Shown in pieces: positions 14,084 to 26,175 of a DNA stretch of 64,000 nt. The translations under genes and the position numbers were made by a program. The notes below the pieces were generated by a model, which saw only the letters and a list, made by a program, of their open reading frames with translations, was not told the origin of the DNA and did not search any database. The DNA is from Setoptus koraiensis. Taxonomy: Eukaryota; Animalia; Arthropoda. The stretch lies in the NCBI GenBank assembly GCA_048013815.1, contig CM106586.1:12648001-12712000 (forward strand), given 5' to 3'. Each line of letters begins with the position of its first letter. Positions within the stretch are counted from its first letter, which is position 1.

Positions 14084-15528
14084 ATGGAAGAAGAGCAAGC
14101 TAGTCAGAACAATACAGAGGAGAATGCTGTTGTTATTAAACCCCACTCACCAGTACAGCTACCTGACTCACCAAGCGCTATGTCGGTTGGGGATGCTAGA
14201 TCGTCTGAATCATCATCGCCCGAGCCACCGGCTGCACGAGAGGCCAAGTTTACTGTAGAACAATTGGAGAAAGTTTTAAAAGAAGGAGAGTTGCCAAAAT
14301 ATACTATAGTCTCAACTAAAACCCTTGATGGCCATAAATATCGCGTTCACAGGACATTCCATGATTTTCAATTTCTAGCACAGCAACTATTCCACTCTGG
14401 TCAATGCTTAGCCGGTTATATAATCCCACCATTCCCGGCGGAAACACCACAAAATCCAGATCCTCTTGTAGAAGCAAATACACGACAATTGCCAGGTTAT
14501 GGTAAATTTGTTTCTGATGAATTCCAATTATATCATTGGCTACGATTAGTTCTGGCGCATCCAGTTTTTGGTCACAGTGGGCTCATTGAACCATTTCTAT
14601 GCGAAAAAAGCCTACCGCCACCGGGAAAAATCAAGAAACACATGGGCATAATTAAATCTATACAAGAAACTATTGATAGTAGAAAGTATGCACATAAAGA
14701 TTGTGACAGCTTCTTTCAAAATGAACGTGATTGGTCATTGAAAGTTTATGACCTCATGCAACAGTCTACAGTTGCGTTCAATTCTACTGTAAATGCCAGG
14801 CACAGTCTGAGTCAAGTATTAGCACATTTATCGGCGGCCCTAAGCTTACCTGTGGGAGATAATCGCGGAATCAACAAACTTGCACTCAAGATCAATCAAG
14901 CCTTCTCTAAAACTCTCGATGGTTATAGAGAATACGTTGAAGCCGAGACAATTAATGGCGCATCCACCTTGGGTGCTACATTACATCTATGGACTCGTTA
15001 TATTGAGGCAGAACATGAAATGCTTAAGCAGAGGACCTGTCTTCTCGTAGATTATGAATCAGCTAACCGAGCTTTAGATCGAGCGAAACATACTAGACGC
15101 ACAGAGGTTAGTCATAATGTAGTCATATCGTAAAAAATGACCATAGTTGAAATATCCAACATAGTGTCATATTCTTTTATTCTATATTCTTATATTATCG
15201 TATTCTGTTCTTGTTACGTCAATCTAGGCTGAAGAAGCTAAAATCCAAGCGGAAAAGGCCTTTGAAGAATGCTCTGATATAGCCCGTAATGAGGTGAGTA
15301 ATGAGAGAATGATCTACTTATGGGTTTTGCTTTTTCTCTTAGATCACTTATTAATCATGTCAATACTTATTTTACATTCTTCTTCAACAGATCAAAAGGT
15401 TTCAAGCGATAAGAATTAGCGATTTTGCACAATCCTTGCAAAATTATCGGACCTCTCAGCTCAACCTGGCAAAAGAACACTATCAAAGGATAAACGAAAT
15501 CTATCAACAATGCACAAATGATCTTTGA
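14084..15528 (+). CDS. Divergent SNX5/SNX6-family PX-BAR sorting nexin (408 aa)
   Basis: Exons 14084-15106, 15228-15293 and 15391-15528. AGYIIPP, KDCDSFFQNER and LVDYESANRALDRAK resemble SNX5/6 motifs (AGYIIPP, KDVDDFFEHER, LVDYENANKALDKAR). Confidence 0.8.
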
Positions 15529-16475
15529 TCTAACTGTGCTTTAGTTATTTATATTACACTTACTGAGGTGTTATTCGTCAATGAATTGTCGATTAGTCTT
15601 AATTTAACACTAAAACATTCAGCCCTAGTTAATTGATCACAAAGATAAAAGTTTCTTGATAGAGTTATATATCTTGATATATTTCAGAGATGAGCTTTGC
15701 TCTTGACTGCATCAATGGTCGACGATAATCAATGTACCATGCTAAATCAGTCTAATTATAATTGAAATGTTTAATAAACTAAAGCTGTCTGTGTATCAAT
15801 TGAACCAATCTATGAGCTTGTCATCGTATGTTTTCTCAAATGTCAAGCCGACACGATGGTAACAACCGTGAATAGTGTACAACTCTTCAAATAGAAGTGA
15901 GTTGATTGTAGGTCCTTCAAAGTTTTCCATGATTCCAAGTACATCGGTGGTGAGATCTTTTTATTGGGAGTTGAAATGCTCTCGAATGAATGAATTTATA
16001 AGCGTGTACTTGTTTACTCTGGAGACCATCTTTACACTTTTTCATTTGATATTTTCATCTATTCCACAAACTACAATATAAACTCATTCAATCTTCCAAC
16101 CAGACATGAAAAACATTTCATATCAAACATATCACCAGATTATTGCTATTTCAGTATTGTTGATGTCGTTTATTAATACTCATCAAAAAACATACTTTAG
16201 TATGCATCCACAATTTGTCTGCTCTAGTTAGACGATTAGTTGTTTACTCATACTACAATGTAAACTATTAGTTATTACTATCATAGTTGACAGCTTGTAC
16301 CTACGATGAGGTGTACCAAACTAACTGAAACAGACTGCCATCATTCCAAAGCACATTGCTCGCAGTTGTAAAATAACTCTCCAACAATACACAACTAAAT
16401 TCTAAAAGAAGATTTGCAAAACAAAAGACTTGACTAAAGTGAATTACAAAAGATTGTGCGTCTCACTAATCGATA

Positions 16476-17650
16476 ATGTCTAGCTCACAGAAGAAAATTG
16501 CAATCATTGGAAGGTGAGTAAAGCCATTTTTATATATTAATAAAAGATAGAAGTTATGTCATGTTAGTTTGAATTTAATCCTCAAGGTTTCATCTAACAT
16601 TAATCCCACAAATTATCAGCGGATTGATCGGGAGATCATGGGCGATAATCTTCTCAATGGCGGGCCATAAAGTCCAACTGTACGATGTTAATCAAAAAGC
16701 TTTGGATGATGCTCTAGCATCACTGAGATCAGACATAACCGATCTGTGTGAAAAAAAACTTTCACGTGGAAGTTTAAGCGTCGATGAACAAATAGCCTTG
16801 ATATCAACGACTTCGAGCCTCAAAGAGTGTCTCGATGGTGCTTCTCATGTACAGGTAAGGGATAAATTTATTTTTTGAATCATTCATGATAACACATAAG
16901 AAAAAAATTGTTTGCCTCATACCTTAACATATTCATAAAATTCTATTATATAACTCACCCCAGGAATGCATCTTTGAAAATCTGCCTTTGAAACAAGATT
17001 TGTTTGAAGAAATTGACAATTTGGTCACAGATACCGATTGCTCACTTGCATCATCAACAAGTATTCATTTGCCTTCACTGGTTTTCTCCAAAGTGAAAAA
17101 ACATCAGAATCAGTGTCTAGTGGCACATCCAATCAATCCACCCCTACACGTATTGTTGGTCGAGCTCGTACCTCACCCTACCACAAAACCTGAACTTCTA
17201 TCTAAGACTAGAGAGTTGTTTGAAAATATTGGACAGAAGCCGGTGATACTGCGTAAAGAGGTAAGTGGTTTCGCTCTGAATCGTTTGCAGTATGCCGTCA
17301 TCCAGGAGGCTTACAGATTGGTTGCGGACGGTGTCATGAGTACCGAAGATGTCGACACAGTTGTTACTGACGGGCTAGGACCTCGCTACGCATTCATAGG
17401 CCCCTGGTTGACTTGCCACTTGAATGCAACAGGTATGCAGGATTATATTGAACGATATGCAGAAGGTATCTACAATGTAGGTATTGAATGCACTCCTTAC
17501 CACAAACTGGAGGGCAATACCGCCAAGCAAATCGTGGATGATATAACTAAAGCTGTCCCATTAGAACAGCTGCCACTTGAAAGAAAGTGGCGCGATCAGT
17601 GTTTAATCGAGCTTTCTAAAGTTAAGAAGACTCTTTCAAAAAATCAATAA
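16476..17650 (+). CDS. CRYL1: Lambda-crystallin homolog / L-gulonate 3-dehydrogenase
   Basis: Exons 16476-16513, 16620-16854 and 16964-17650. Rossmann motif IIGSGLIGRSW, HPINPP, GFALNRLQYA and GLGPRYAFIGP. Confidence 0.95.
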
Positions 17651-17732
17651 CAATAGTAGTCATCATATAGAGCCAATTATCTCATTTGGTGAGATATGGT
17701 AGTTATGTTATAGAGTGTTAATTTATAATAAA

Positions 17733-18800
17733 TTAAACTTTATTCTTGGATGCAAATTGCTGTTGCTGTCTTCTGCAATCACTGTGGAAAATCTTTATAC
17801 CTCCGGTCGGATGGAAAAACCTATAATATATAATCTAATAAAGTCGATAACATCATTGATTAGAATGTATGTATTTAGAAGCAAACTGTTTAAATGAGAG
17901 ACATAATTTACGATTTACTTACCATCAAGAGTATTCCTGTTACGAAGCAAGCGTAGTGCAAATGCAAGGCCGCATCTTTATATATCAGTGTAGGGTCACT
18001 TTCCTGATACCATAAGTACATAAGAATTGAGTTTTCAATCACCATTATAATGTAAAACACAGTGTATCTGTATCTAGTTGCACTATCAACAGGATTGAAG
18101 TAGCAGAATATAAATATTATTGCGAGGACAGCATTAAAGCCTAGTTCTTCTAATTTCGAGTTGCAGAAATTTGTTTGCATAGACATTATCCAAACAAACA
18201 TTGTTGCCCAATGTATGGCACAAACTATGGCTATGTAGTGAACGAAGACTGATGAGAATAACGCTAGGGCCAACACGCGCGCAGCTATGGTGAAAAACTC
18301 CCATAAAAACATTGCTGCTATGGATCCATAAGTCATGGGTATTTTATCCGGCAGTGATATTCTGAGAGTTTTACAGTAAGATACTAACGACCAGGAAACT
18401 GATATTAGTGATGTCGATATAGAAGCTAATTGTGCTATCACAGTCCATTTATCATCGGCATCGTAGGGGTAGTTTTTCGTTAGTATGTACATTTGCAGAA
18501 TAAGTTGTGGTGAGGCCTCCATGAATGATTCGAATAGGCGCAACAAAGTTGCATCCGCATCTTCGTTGATCATTTTAAGATATATTCTTTTCTTCTCTTC
18601 TTTGTTTGTAGCATGTCTAAACTCAATTCCATAATTCAATGATTCTAGATATCTTAGTATTGGACCGATCTGCAGAAGATGAAATATTGTTCTGAGGCAC
18701 CACTGCTTTCGGGTTACAGGTTCTGAACCATCTATTCTAGAGTCTAGAATATACCAGCGTAAACTAATGCTAGTTGTTACAAGAGTTGGGAGTACAATAA
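17733..18800 (-). CDS. XK-related (Xkr) scramblase-family membrane protein; 5' part lost in the assembly gap
   Basis: Frame open from the gap edge (IVLPTLVTTSISLRWY...LQIGPILRY) through LLRLFESFMEASPQLILQMY and ARVLALALF to 17923; last exon 17834-17733 (IIYYRFFHP...). Confidence 0.9.
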
Positions 18801-19300
18801 NNNNNNNNNNNNNNNNNNNNNNNNNNNNNNNNNNNNNNNNNNNNNNNNNNNNNNNNNNNNNNNNNNNNNNNNNNNNNNNNNNNNNNNNNNNNNNNNNNNN
18901 NNNNNNNNNNNNNNNNNNNNNNNNNNNNNNNNNNNNNNNNNNNNNNNNNNNNNNNNNNNNNNNNNNNNNNNNNNNNNNNNNNNNNNNNNNNNNNNNNNNN
19001 NNNNNNNNNNNNNNNNNNNNNNNNNNNNNNNNNNNNNNNNNNNNNNNNNNNNNNNNNNNNNNNNNNNNNNNNNNNNNNNNNNNNNNNNNNNNNNNNNNNN
19101 NNNNNNNNNNNNNNNNNNNNNNNNNNNNNNNNNNNNNNNNNNNNNNNNNNNNNNNNNNNNNNNNNNNNNNNNNNNNNNNNNNNNNNNNNNNNNNNNNNNN
19201 NNNNNNNNNNNNNNNNNNNNNNNNNNNNNNNNNNNNNNNNNNNNNNNNNNNNNNNNNNNNNNNNNNNNNNNNNNNNNNNNNNNNNNNNNNNNNNNNNNNN
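18801..19300. other. Assembly gap (500 N)
   Basis: Run of N. Confidence 1.
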
Positions 19301-19381
19301 CTGTGTTGAAAAACACGTTGTAATTGACTAACCTATGCAAAAATTAATTTTAATTATTATCTTATTCTCAGAATTAGAATT

Positions 19382-19504
19382 AAAATGGAACCGGCCGATT
19401 CAATCCCGAGTCACACCCTTTTTAGCTGTTAGTCCCGCGGCACGACAAACGCGTTCTCGAATCTACATGTACCCGTGACTCAAGTCCACTACGGGCCGGT
19501 TTAT
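19382..19504 (-). ncRNA. Candidate small structured RNA (terminal stem, internal loop, second stem, T4 end)
   Basis: Nested inverted repeats AACCGGCC/GGCCGGTT (19389-19396, 19494-19501) and GAGTCAC/GTGACTC (19408-19414, 19475-19481); TTTT follows on the minus strand. Confidence 0.3.
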
Positions 19505-20127
19505 GGGCGTGACATATATTCTACTTTATCACGATATTCATACGCCAGTTTATAAACAAAACAAAACACCAATGAACCACACCGATGGTATTGATGAATC
19601 TCGACGGAATATAATCGTTCAATTTCATCACCCATCATAAGATGTCGATAAAAATGTTTATTCATCACTCATATTCTTTTCTCTATTTTGAACAGTTTGT
19701 ACGATTTCATTTATGAACGAATCTAATTATGCTTTCGTAACATGCTCCCATGACAATGTGGTCACCGAGAAAGTTGACACTTCACATTCGGATTTGAAAC
19801 AGAATAAACCATCAAATGTTTGTGCCTTGAAGATTCTCTATTGATATTACGAAATTCTTGTTCATAAGCTAAGCACACGCCCATCCTTGTTCCGAAAAAT
19901 CTTGTCTTACTCACGTAGATTTATTACTAATCAGCTGTGGCAACAGGGCCAAGCGCTACAACAAAATCACTGATTTTACATGTAATATCGCACATATCCT
20001 CTGTTGAATTTCTAACAACTGGCCATACATATGTAATATCATGTGATTGTTCGATAAGGGGATTTATTATTATTATCATTTTTAGTATTCAAAAGTGAAA
20101 CTGATAATTTAACTAATACTTTCCGCG

Positions 20128-21079
20128 ATGGACGACTTGGGTAGCTGCGTCAGAGTACCAGTCAGAATTGAGCAGATGAGACTTGTAAGAAATCTTACTC
20201 AAGTTAAGATAACTGAGGAGCAACTGGATCAAGCTAATTTTATTGATGGTATCAAATTTACAGTCAGATGCGAGAAGCCATTCACAATAAATGCCTACTG
20301 GATAGTCAAGATTACTGATTTGTACGCTGATTTACAGGCAGACTGGAAGACTATGAGAGATTCTATATGGAACAATAAATTTTTAACAGAGAAGAAATCT
20401 ATGTATCAGAACGAGCCACAGATATTCTATGAGTGTAATGAGGACGTTGACTGCTCCGTCGCCCCGCCGAAACCTATAGATACTTCTTCTTTAGGCAGTC
20501 TACCCAGAGATTTCTATCCACTTGTTTTATTTGTGACATGTTTCGAAGAGGAACCTGATCCTCATGGTACAGATGCAGCTGCTAACATCCAGATAATTCA
20601 CATAAAAGACACAATCGTTCCAATGAGGTCACATGTTATCAAGCAATTATCCAAACAGATAGACGGCAAAATCATCGATATTTCCAAAGTATTCGCTCAG
20701 GAGACTGAATCATGCATGATTTGCTTGGAGGAGTCAGCAAGCGCTCTCTTTTGTATGCTACCATGGTAAGTCCGAATACTGATATTGTAATCTGGCGATA
20801 GTATTAGTTATTTTTCATGACCGCTAATCTCATATACTACTCAACTTTTTCTTCAGTCGTCACTCAGCTGTCTGTTATGGTTGTCTAAATATGATCAACC
20901 AATGTCCAATCTGTCGAGGTCCAATCATATCAGTATTCAATATCAACGCTAGTCCTGATGCTGCCCATCCTCCTGGTCCTCAGATAGATCCTCAGATAAG
21001 GCATCTATACGACCAGAATATTCCCAGCGAGTCAAGAAGAGGATTTTTTTCTAGTTTGAAATCCTGGATAGGAATATAG
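20128..21079 (+). CDS. CGRRF1: Cell growth regulator with RING finger domain 1-like protein
   Basis: Exons 20128-20765 and 20857-21079. LGSLPRDFYPLVLF and IIHIKD resemble CGRRF1; RING CMIC...LPC|RHSAVCYGC...CPICR. The N-terminal transmembrane segment of known orthologs was not found, so an upstream exon may be missed. Confidence 0.8.
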
Positions 21080-21366
21080 GCCATGGCCTTACGAATCTTC
21101 TATAACGTTTAGCTCTAACGTTTTATATGGATAAAATTACGTGAAAACTCAATCATGAAGTCTAGTGATAATTGGAGATTCAATTCCGACGGAAAGTCTC
21201 TACTCAGCTCGTTCGAATAAAAAATTAAATTTTATTATAGACACATCAAACTAATATATGAGAGTTATATATCATTTAAGATTAAACATTTAATGAGGAC
21301 CTCTGATGTGAGGCATATTCCCACAAAAATTCCCCTGGGCTTATAAAATTAATCAACAGTGTAAGG

Positions 21367-21894
21367 CTAACCGTTTGAAGAAGACTGAGGCTTATTCTTT
21401 CGTTTCCTCTTTTTAACTTTACTTTCTTTACCATCTGTTTTCTTTTCAAATAGATAAGGCGGTGGCAAATCCCTAAAAGTGTCCAATAGATGCTCGCGTA
21501 TTTGTGCCAGTGTCTTTTTGTATCGCCATACCTTTGGATCTTTGTTGTATTTAGGTCTAATTCTGACTGGAGTTCCAAATAATTCTAGATCTTGGAATAA
21601 AGCTAGGCAGAAGGCTACAGATATTTCGTCTTTGAAAAGAACAAACGCGTGATCATGCCTGAGTATCACTGCCTCAATCGGTCCTCCTTGCAGAAATAAT
21701 TCCCATAAAAGATTGCTAGTTGTCCTCTTGGGGTGGAATCCCTCTACCACCAGCGTTCTTTTGGCCTTCTGGTGATCGTGAACCGAGTGTGACTCAGCTC
21801 TGTCAGTGCTTGTTTCTCCTTTCGATGGCGACTTCGACATCCATTTGTCTGTCTTTTGTCTGCCTTTGTTTTTGTTTGTACGTCTAGGGGCCAT
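21367..21894 (-). CDS. RBM7/RBM11-like single-RRM protein
   Basis: Probable ATG at 21894 (MAPRR). RRM RTLVVEGF...LLWELFLQGGPI...AFVLFKDEISV...LFGTPVRI resembles RBM7; Lys-rich C-terminal tail. Confidence 0.8.
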   Translation of the reverse strand: MAPRRTNKNKGRQKTDKWMSKSPSKGETSTDRAESHSVHDHQKAKRTLVVEGFHPKRTTSNLLWELFLQGGPIEAVILRHDHAFVLFKDEISVAFCLALFQDLELFGTPVRIRPKYNKDPKVWRYKKTLAQIREHLLDTFRDLPPPYLFEKKTDGKESKVKKRKRKNKPQSSSNG

Positions 21895-24650
21895 GATGGC
21901 GGAGAAAATTATGAATAGAGTATATGGAATAAATGAAAATTGTTTGAGGCCGATCACAACATGGTGTATAAGATTATTGACGCTCTGGAGGCATCAGTAA
22001 TAATTAAAAGGAAACACACGTGAGAATCAACAAGACGTTCACAAAAACTCCGCCAGGGGCTCACGCAACGCTTTTGCAGAGCAGTGTTACAATTCGTTTA
22101 TACAGTATCAGTATATATATCTACCTAGAAATATCAGTGGATATTTCATGATGGCCAATCTGAGCCAGATCTGCTCTTTTCAACGAATAAACCATTTCTT
22201 ACAACATCGGAAGTCAAACTGGCAGATATTCTCAATGATTCCAACCACGAGCAGAAACCCTCTCTACGTGAACATGAGAAGTGGATGAACGAGCGCGGTT
22301 TGCGACGCATTAATTTTGCCCATAACTTTTGAGTACAGATCCTATTATCTGATTTCTCATAGAGCTTTCCTGTAACCTTCATCTCAGAGTCCAAGATCAC
22401 AGAGCAATCATTATTGAGAACGGACATTCACTTGTTGGTCGCTTTCGTTTTCATCATTTACTTTTTGGATCAATAAAGTAATTCCTCGAAAGGCATTCAT
22501 TTAGATCAGCTCGTTTGGTTTTTTATCAACAATTTGAAGATCCCAATCAATTGTCACCTTCTCGAATCCCGGGTCCGAGAGCCATTTCGACATAAGCGTC
22601 GCAGCTCAGTTTTTGAAGGCTGCTTCGCTGTATGCCTCATGTTTTTGTCGGACCACTTACTTATAATGGTAACATCACAATATTCATTATAAAAGCCTCA
22701 AAACGTCCCCATGGTATCATCCAGCCCTTAACGTTGCTGTTCATTACAATCGACGATGAATAAACTCATAAGCCCATCATGAGTGTTCAACAGTTTTTGA
22801 ACAAGATATGCATCGTTGCAGTGGTTACATATGGTTCAACCGGTTCATAGTTACCTGTTGCTGCGTTGTTGTCGTTGCTGTTGATTGGTTAGGTAAATGA
22901 AAAAAGAGTGAGTGAAAAAGAAAAGTGATCGCTATCTAGCAGTCAGTTGGGCATCTATGGAGTGAGTAGCGATAACACATTTCGCATGACTTATGAGCAC
23001 TTTGATCATCGTCTTCTTCATCATCTACTATCACTATGCAATGGTCAGGTATTTAACAACAACGGGATTGAATTGGATTAGATTGGACAACAACAACGAC
23101 AACAACAACAAGTGGTTATTGCATCATCTATCTAGAGGAGATATCCAGCGGCAAGTAGGCTGGTCCCTATTGTGTCTTTGTTGTCGCTTTGTTGTTGCTT
23201 CGTCTCTAGGTATTTGCTAGCTTTAATCGGAGTGAGTGTGCATGTGATAAACAACATTTCGCTAGCTGACTCTCTATGTCAAGAGTTAACTGTAGTAACT
23301 ATGTCGTTGGTGGCAACGGTGGCAATGGCGACAACGATGGCGATAATAGCGATGATCAGATAGAGATAATTTTTTTGCTTTCTTTCAATTTAGTAGTTTT
23401 ATTTGTCATCGTAGTTGCAGTATTTTGTTGCTATACTGTAGCTACTCTGGCTATATTAGCTACATATTAACGGGACTTACCCTTCTTTTCCTTGTGCTCA
23501 AACGAGACTAGAAAGATTTATTTTTTTCCAGTGGAAAGAGTGAGTGGAAAGAAGCAAAGAGGCAAGGAGACAATGACAAAGAAAGTAAAGAGCGAACGCT
23601 CGTTCCTCAAAGGAGACTGGTCAGGCAAACGCATCTGGAGAGGTGTATAAATGGCAGACTGAGCGATGTGTGAGATGAAGAATAGAGAAAAAAAAAGTGA
23701 AAGTCTGCTGCTGAAAATGAAATTATACCTATAAATACTCATCACTCAATGAATTTCAATGTGTCCATATGAACTTCTTTGCTACATAGGAGCCTATCCA
23801 ACTGTGTAACTATCCGGACACTAACCTCATCATGTCTGCCGTCATGTTCATCACTAGCTAGCCACTGGTAAGACGGCTCCAACGAGCATGGCCAGCCGGT
23901 TGGCAAGATGTTGGCGCATTGCTGATGCAGTTGTTGCTTCTCTAATATGTTGTAATATGGTTCATAACACAAGCATGAGTTTAGCCAGTGGACACAGCAA
24001 CGACCAACTACTACAACAACAACAACTAAACAAGGCAATCAACGGCGACAACTTCGCGCGACAGGTGACATACCAATCGTTCATTGTGACTTAAGGGCAT
24101 GGTAAATACACTCTGTCTACTCGACAATCTATCTAGAGTAGATGTCAAGTGATGGCAATTTTTCAAAGTGTTGATTGTTCTCTGTCTTGGTTGCTGTTGT
24201 TGTTGCTGCCTGAATGTACCGCATAACAACGACTTACATATCTAATTTATAAACTAGGCATACTTGTTAGTTTGTATACACGACAAGACACGTCAGAACT
24301 TGTTAGATCTACAGGAAAAGTGAAGCAACAACAACTGTTATGCATCTCAATCAACTTGTGTAATTCATGTAACTCATAAAACAACAATGACCAATATGTC
24401 TTGAGCGAATATTTTTCGACTCCGAAAGGGCCAATTTAATTGATGATGCTGCTGGTTTTAGTGTTGAAGGTGAATTACTGATCAGATTGTTGGTGCAAAA
24501 ATGGTCTTGTTTATAAATAAGCTCCAAGGAATTATGGCTGAGGCAAATACAGTAGGTGTATTTTGGCAACTAACAACAAGCTGCTGAGTGATGAATTTGT
24601 CATGACTCATATCATGTCGCTCTCGGAACAAAGATTACCGGCTGATGACC

Positions 24651-24670
24651 TCTCTCTCTCTCTCTCTCTC
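24651..24670. repeat. (TC)10 microsatellite
   Basis: Read directly from the sequence. Confidence 0.95.
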
Positions 24671-25542
24671 TTTTCTTTGCAAAGATGAGCGCCTTAAATA
24701 AGCGCCGAGTTTATGCTGATGGGTTATGAAAGAAAGCATTGCAGAGAAGAAAATTTCAAACTCGAAAGAGAAAATTGTCGGAGCAGTAGCAAAATGAACT
24801 AAAATAAACTACTACCACATGTTGCCCAACATCTCGTCGTCATCTAACATGCTAATATTTGTTCAATTGGCACTTCACATCAGCAACAGTAATGAAGTGT
24901 TGGCGCTTTTTGTTGTCGACCATTGAATACAGATGGACACAACAAGAAGAATAACGACATAGAGTGTGGTTGAAGCAATTTAAATTTGTTTGTGTTTATG
25001 TGATTTATTTATAAATTATACGAACAAAATGAGTGCACCTTTGTTGTTAATGAACACTACGAGATGATAATTTGTCTGGTCGTTTAGAGTTGTAGCTGTT
25101 TCAATTCAATGAAAATCATATATAGTAAAGGATGAGCTAATCAATGGATGCGATGATTTATTTACTGAGGGACTTTCACTTTGCATTTCTCGTTGTCGAC
25201 GTCATCTTCTTCGGAGTTTAGCCTCTCAACTTTTATATTTATAGATACGTTCTTTTCTTTATGTCTGTTCTTTTATGGTGGTTATTTGTCAGTGAAACAC
25301 GACAAAATATATGTACACTTTTTGACACACAATCTGACAAAATGCCCAGCTACCGATATTGTGCAATCGTTCATTAGACAACGGCATATCGGATAGATGA
25401 ATAGATTAATAGATAGATAGATATTATGGATATATACATACATACATACACAGATGGACATATGATATATTGAAAAGTTAGACAGCTAAGATTCGGAATT
25501 ATTTGTCATTCTTATTACATAATAGCAACAGTGGCGACTAGT

Positions 25543-26175
25543 CTAAGTCCTCTGCCGTCTGGCCTCTCTGAGAGCGTGCTGTTGGTCGTTTTCGTCTGCG
25601 TTGAAATAGGAAGATTGATTCAACAGAAAATCGCCATCGATTGCCTCAGGGGGCGCTGTGATTATCTCGGCCACATTACCATAAATATCGGCAGACAATT
25701 TCGACGGTGGATAATTGAGACCTTCGTCGCTGACTTGTATCTTTGCGCTTACGTAGCGTTGATTTGGCGGTGGTCCACTAACTTTGCCGTGGACTGTCTT
25801 TTCTCTCAATATAGATTTATCGTCGGATCCATCGCTCACTCTCATCGAGGCCGACATAACTTGTGCGCCTTGAGTAGATTTTACCCGTGACTTTTGTATT
25901 TTGTCTGGCGAGGGCGCCTTGAATTTACCAACAACTATCTGGCTACCGTTATTATCGTTGATCGGAGAGGTCTCGTCTGTGTTGCTTGTCGATGCCGATG
26001 GCGACGAGGCAGACATTTGTAGTCGCATACTGTTGGCCGTATCTAATTGTTGTTGATTGTTGTGGTGACGTTTGTGAAGAGCATGACGCTGATGATATGA
26101 CAAGGACGTTGGGTACGCTTGAGCGCCCAATGTCAATAAGAGACAATTCAATATGATGCTTGTTAGTGGGAGCAT
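25543..26175 (-). CDS. Secreted orphan protein, family copy A (210 aa)
   Basis: Signal peptide MLPLTSIILNCLLLTLGAQA and a KR dibasic site. Clear paralog of 44258-44896 and 56115-56753, with a shared stop position and in-frame indels. A CAG acceptor 12 nt upstream of the ATG suggests a 5'UTR intron. Confidence 0.85.
   Translation of the reverse strand: MLPLTSIILNCLLLTLGAQAYPTSLSYHQRHALHKRHHNNQQQLDTANSMRLQMSASSPSASTSNTDETSPINDNNGSQIVVGKFKAPSPDKIQKSRVKSTQGAQVMSASMRVSDGSDDKSILREKTVHGKVSGPPPNQRYVSAKIQVSDEGLNYPPSKLSADIYGNVAEIITAPPEAIDGDFLLNQSSYFNADENDQQHALREARRQRT

Noticed and set aside
18767-19340. Two ~180-aa ORFs in the track
   Set aside because: Artefacts of translating the 500-N gap.
22146-22427. 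93-aa ORF downstream of the gene-poor region
   Set aside because: No recognisable domain, a stop immediately upstream, and I could not build a consistent exon chain.
25531-25890. Antisense ORF apparently conserved with 44441-44704 and 56307-56570
   Set aside because: It is only the shadow of the nucleotide-identical core of the secreted gene.
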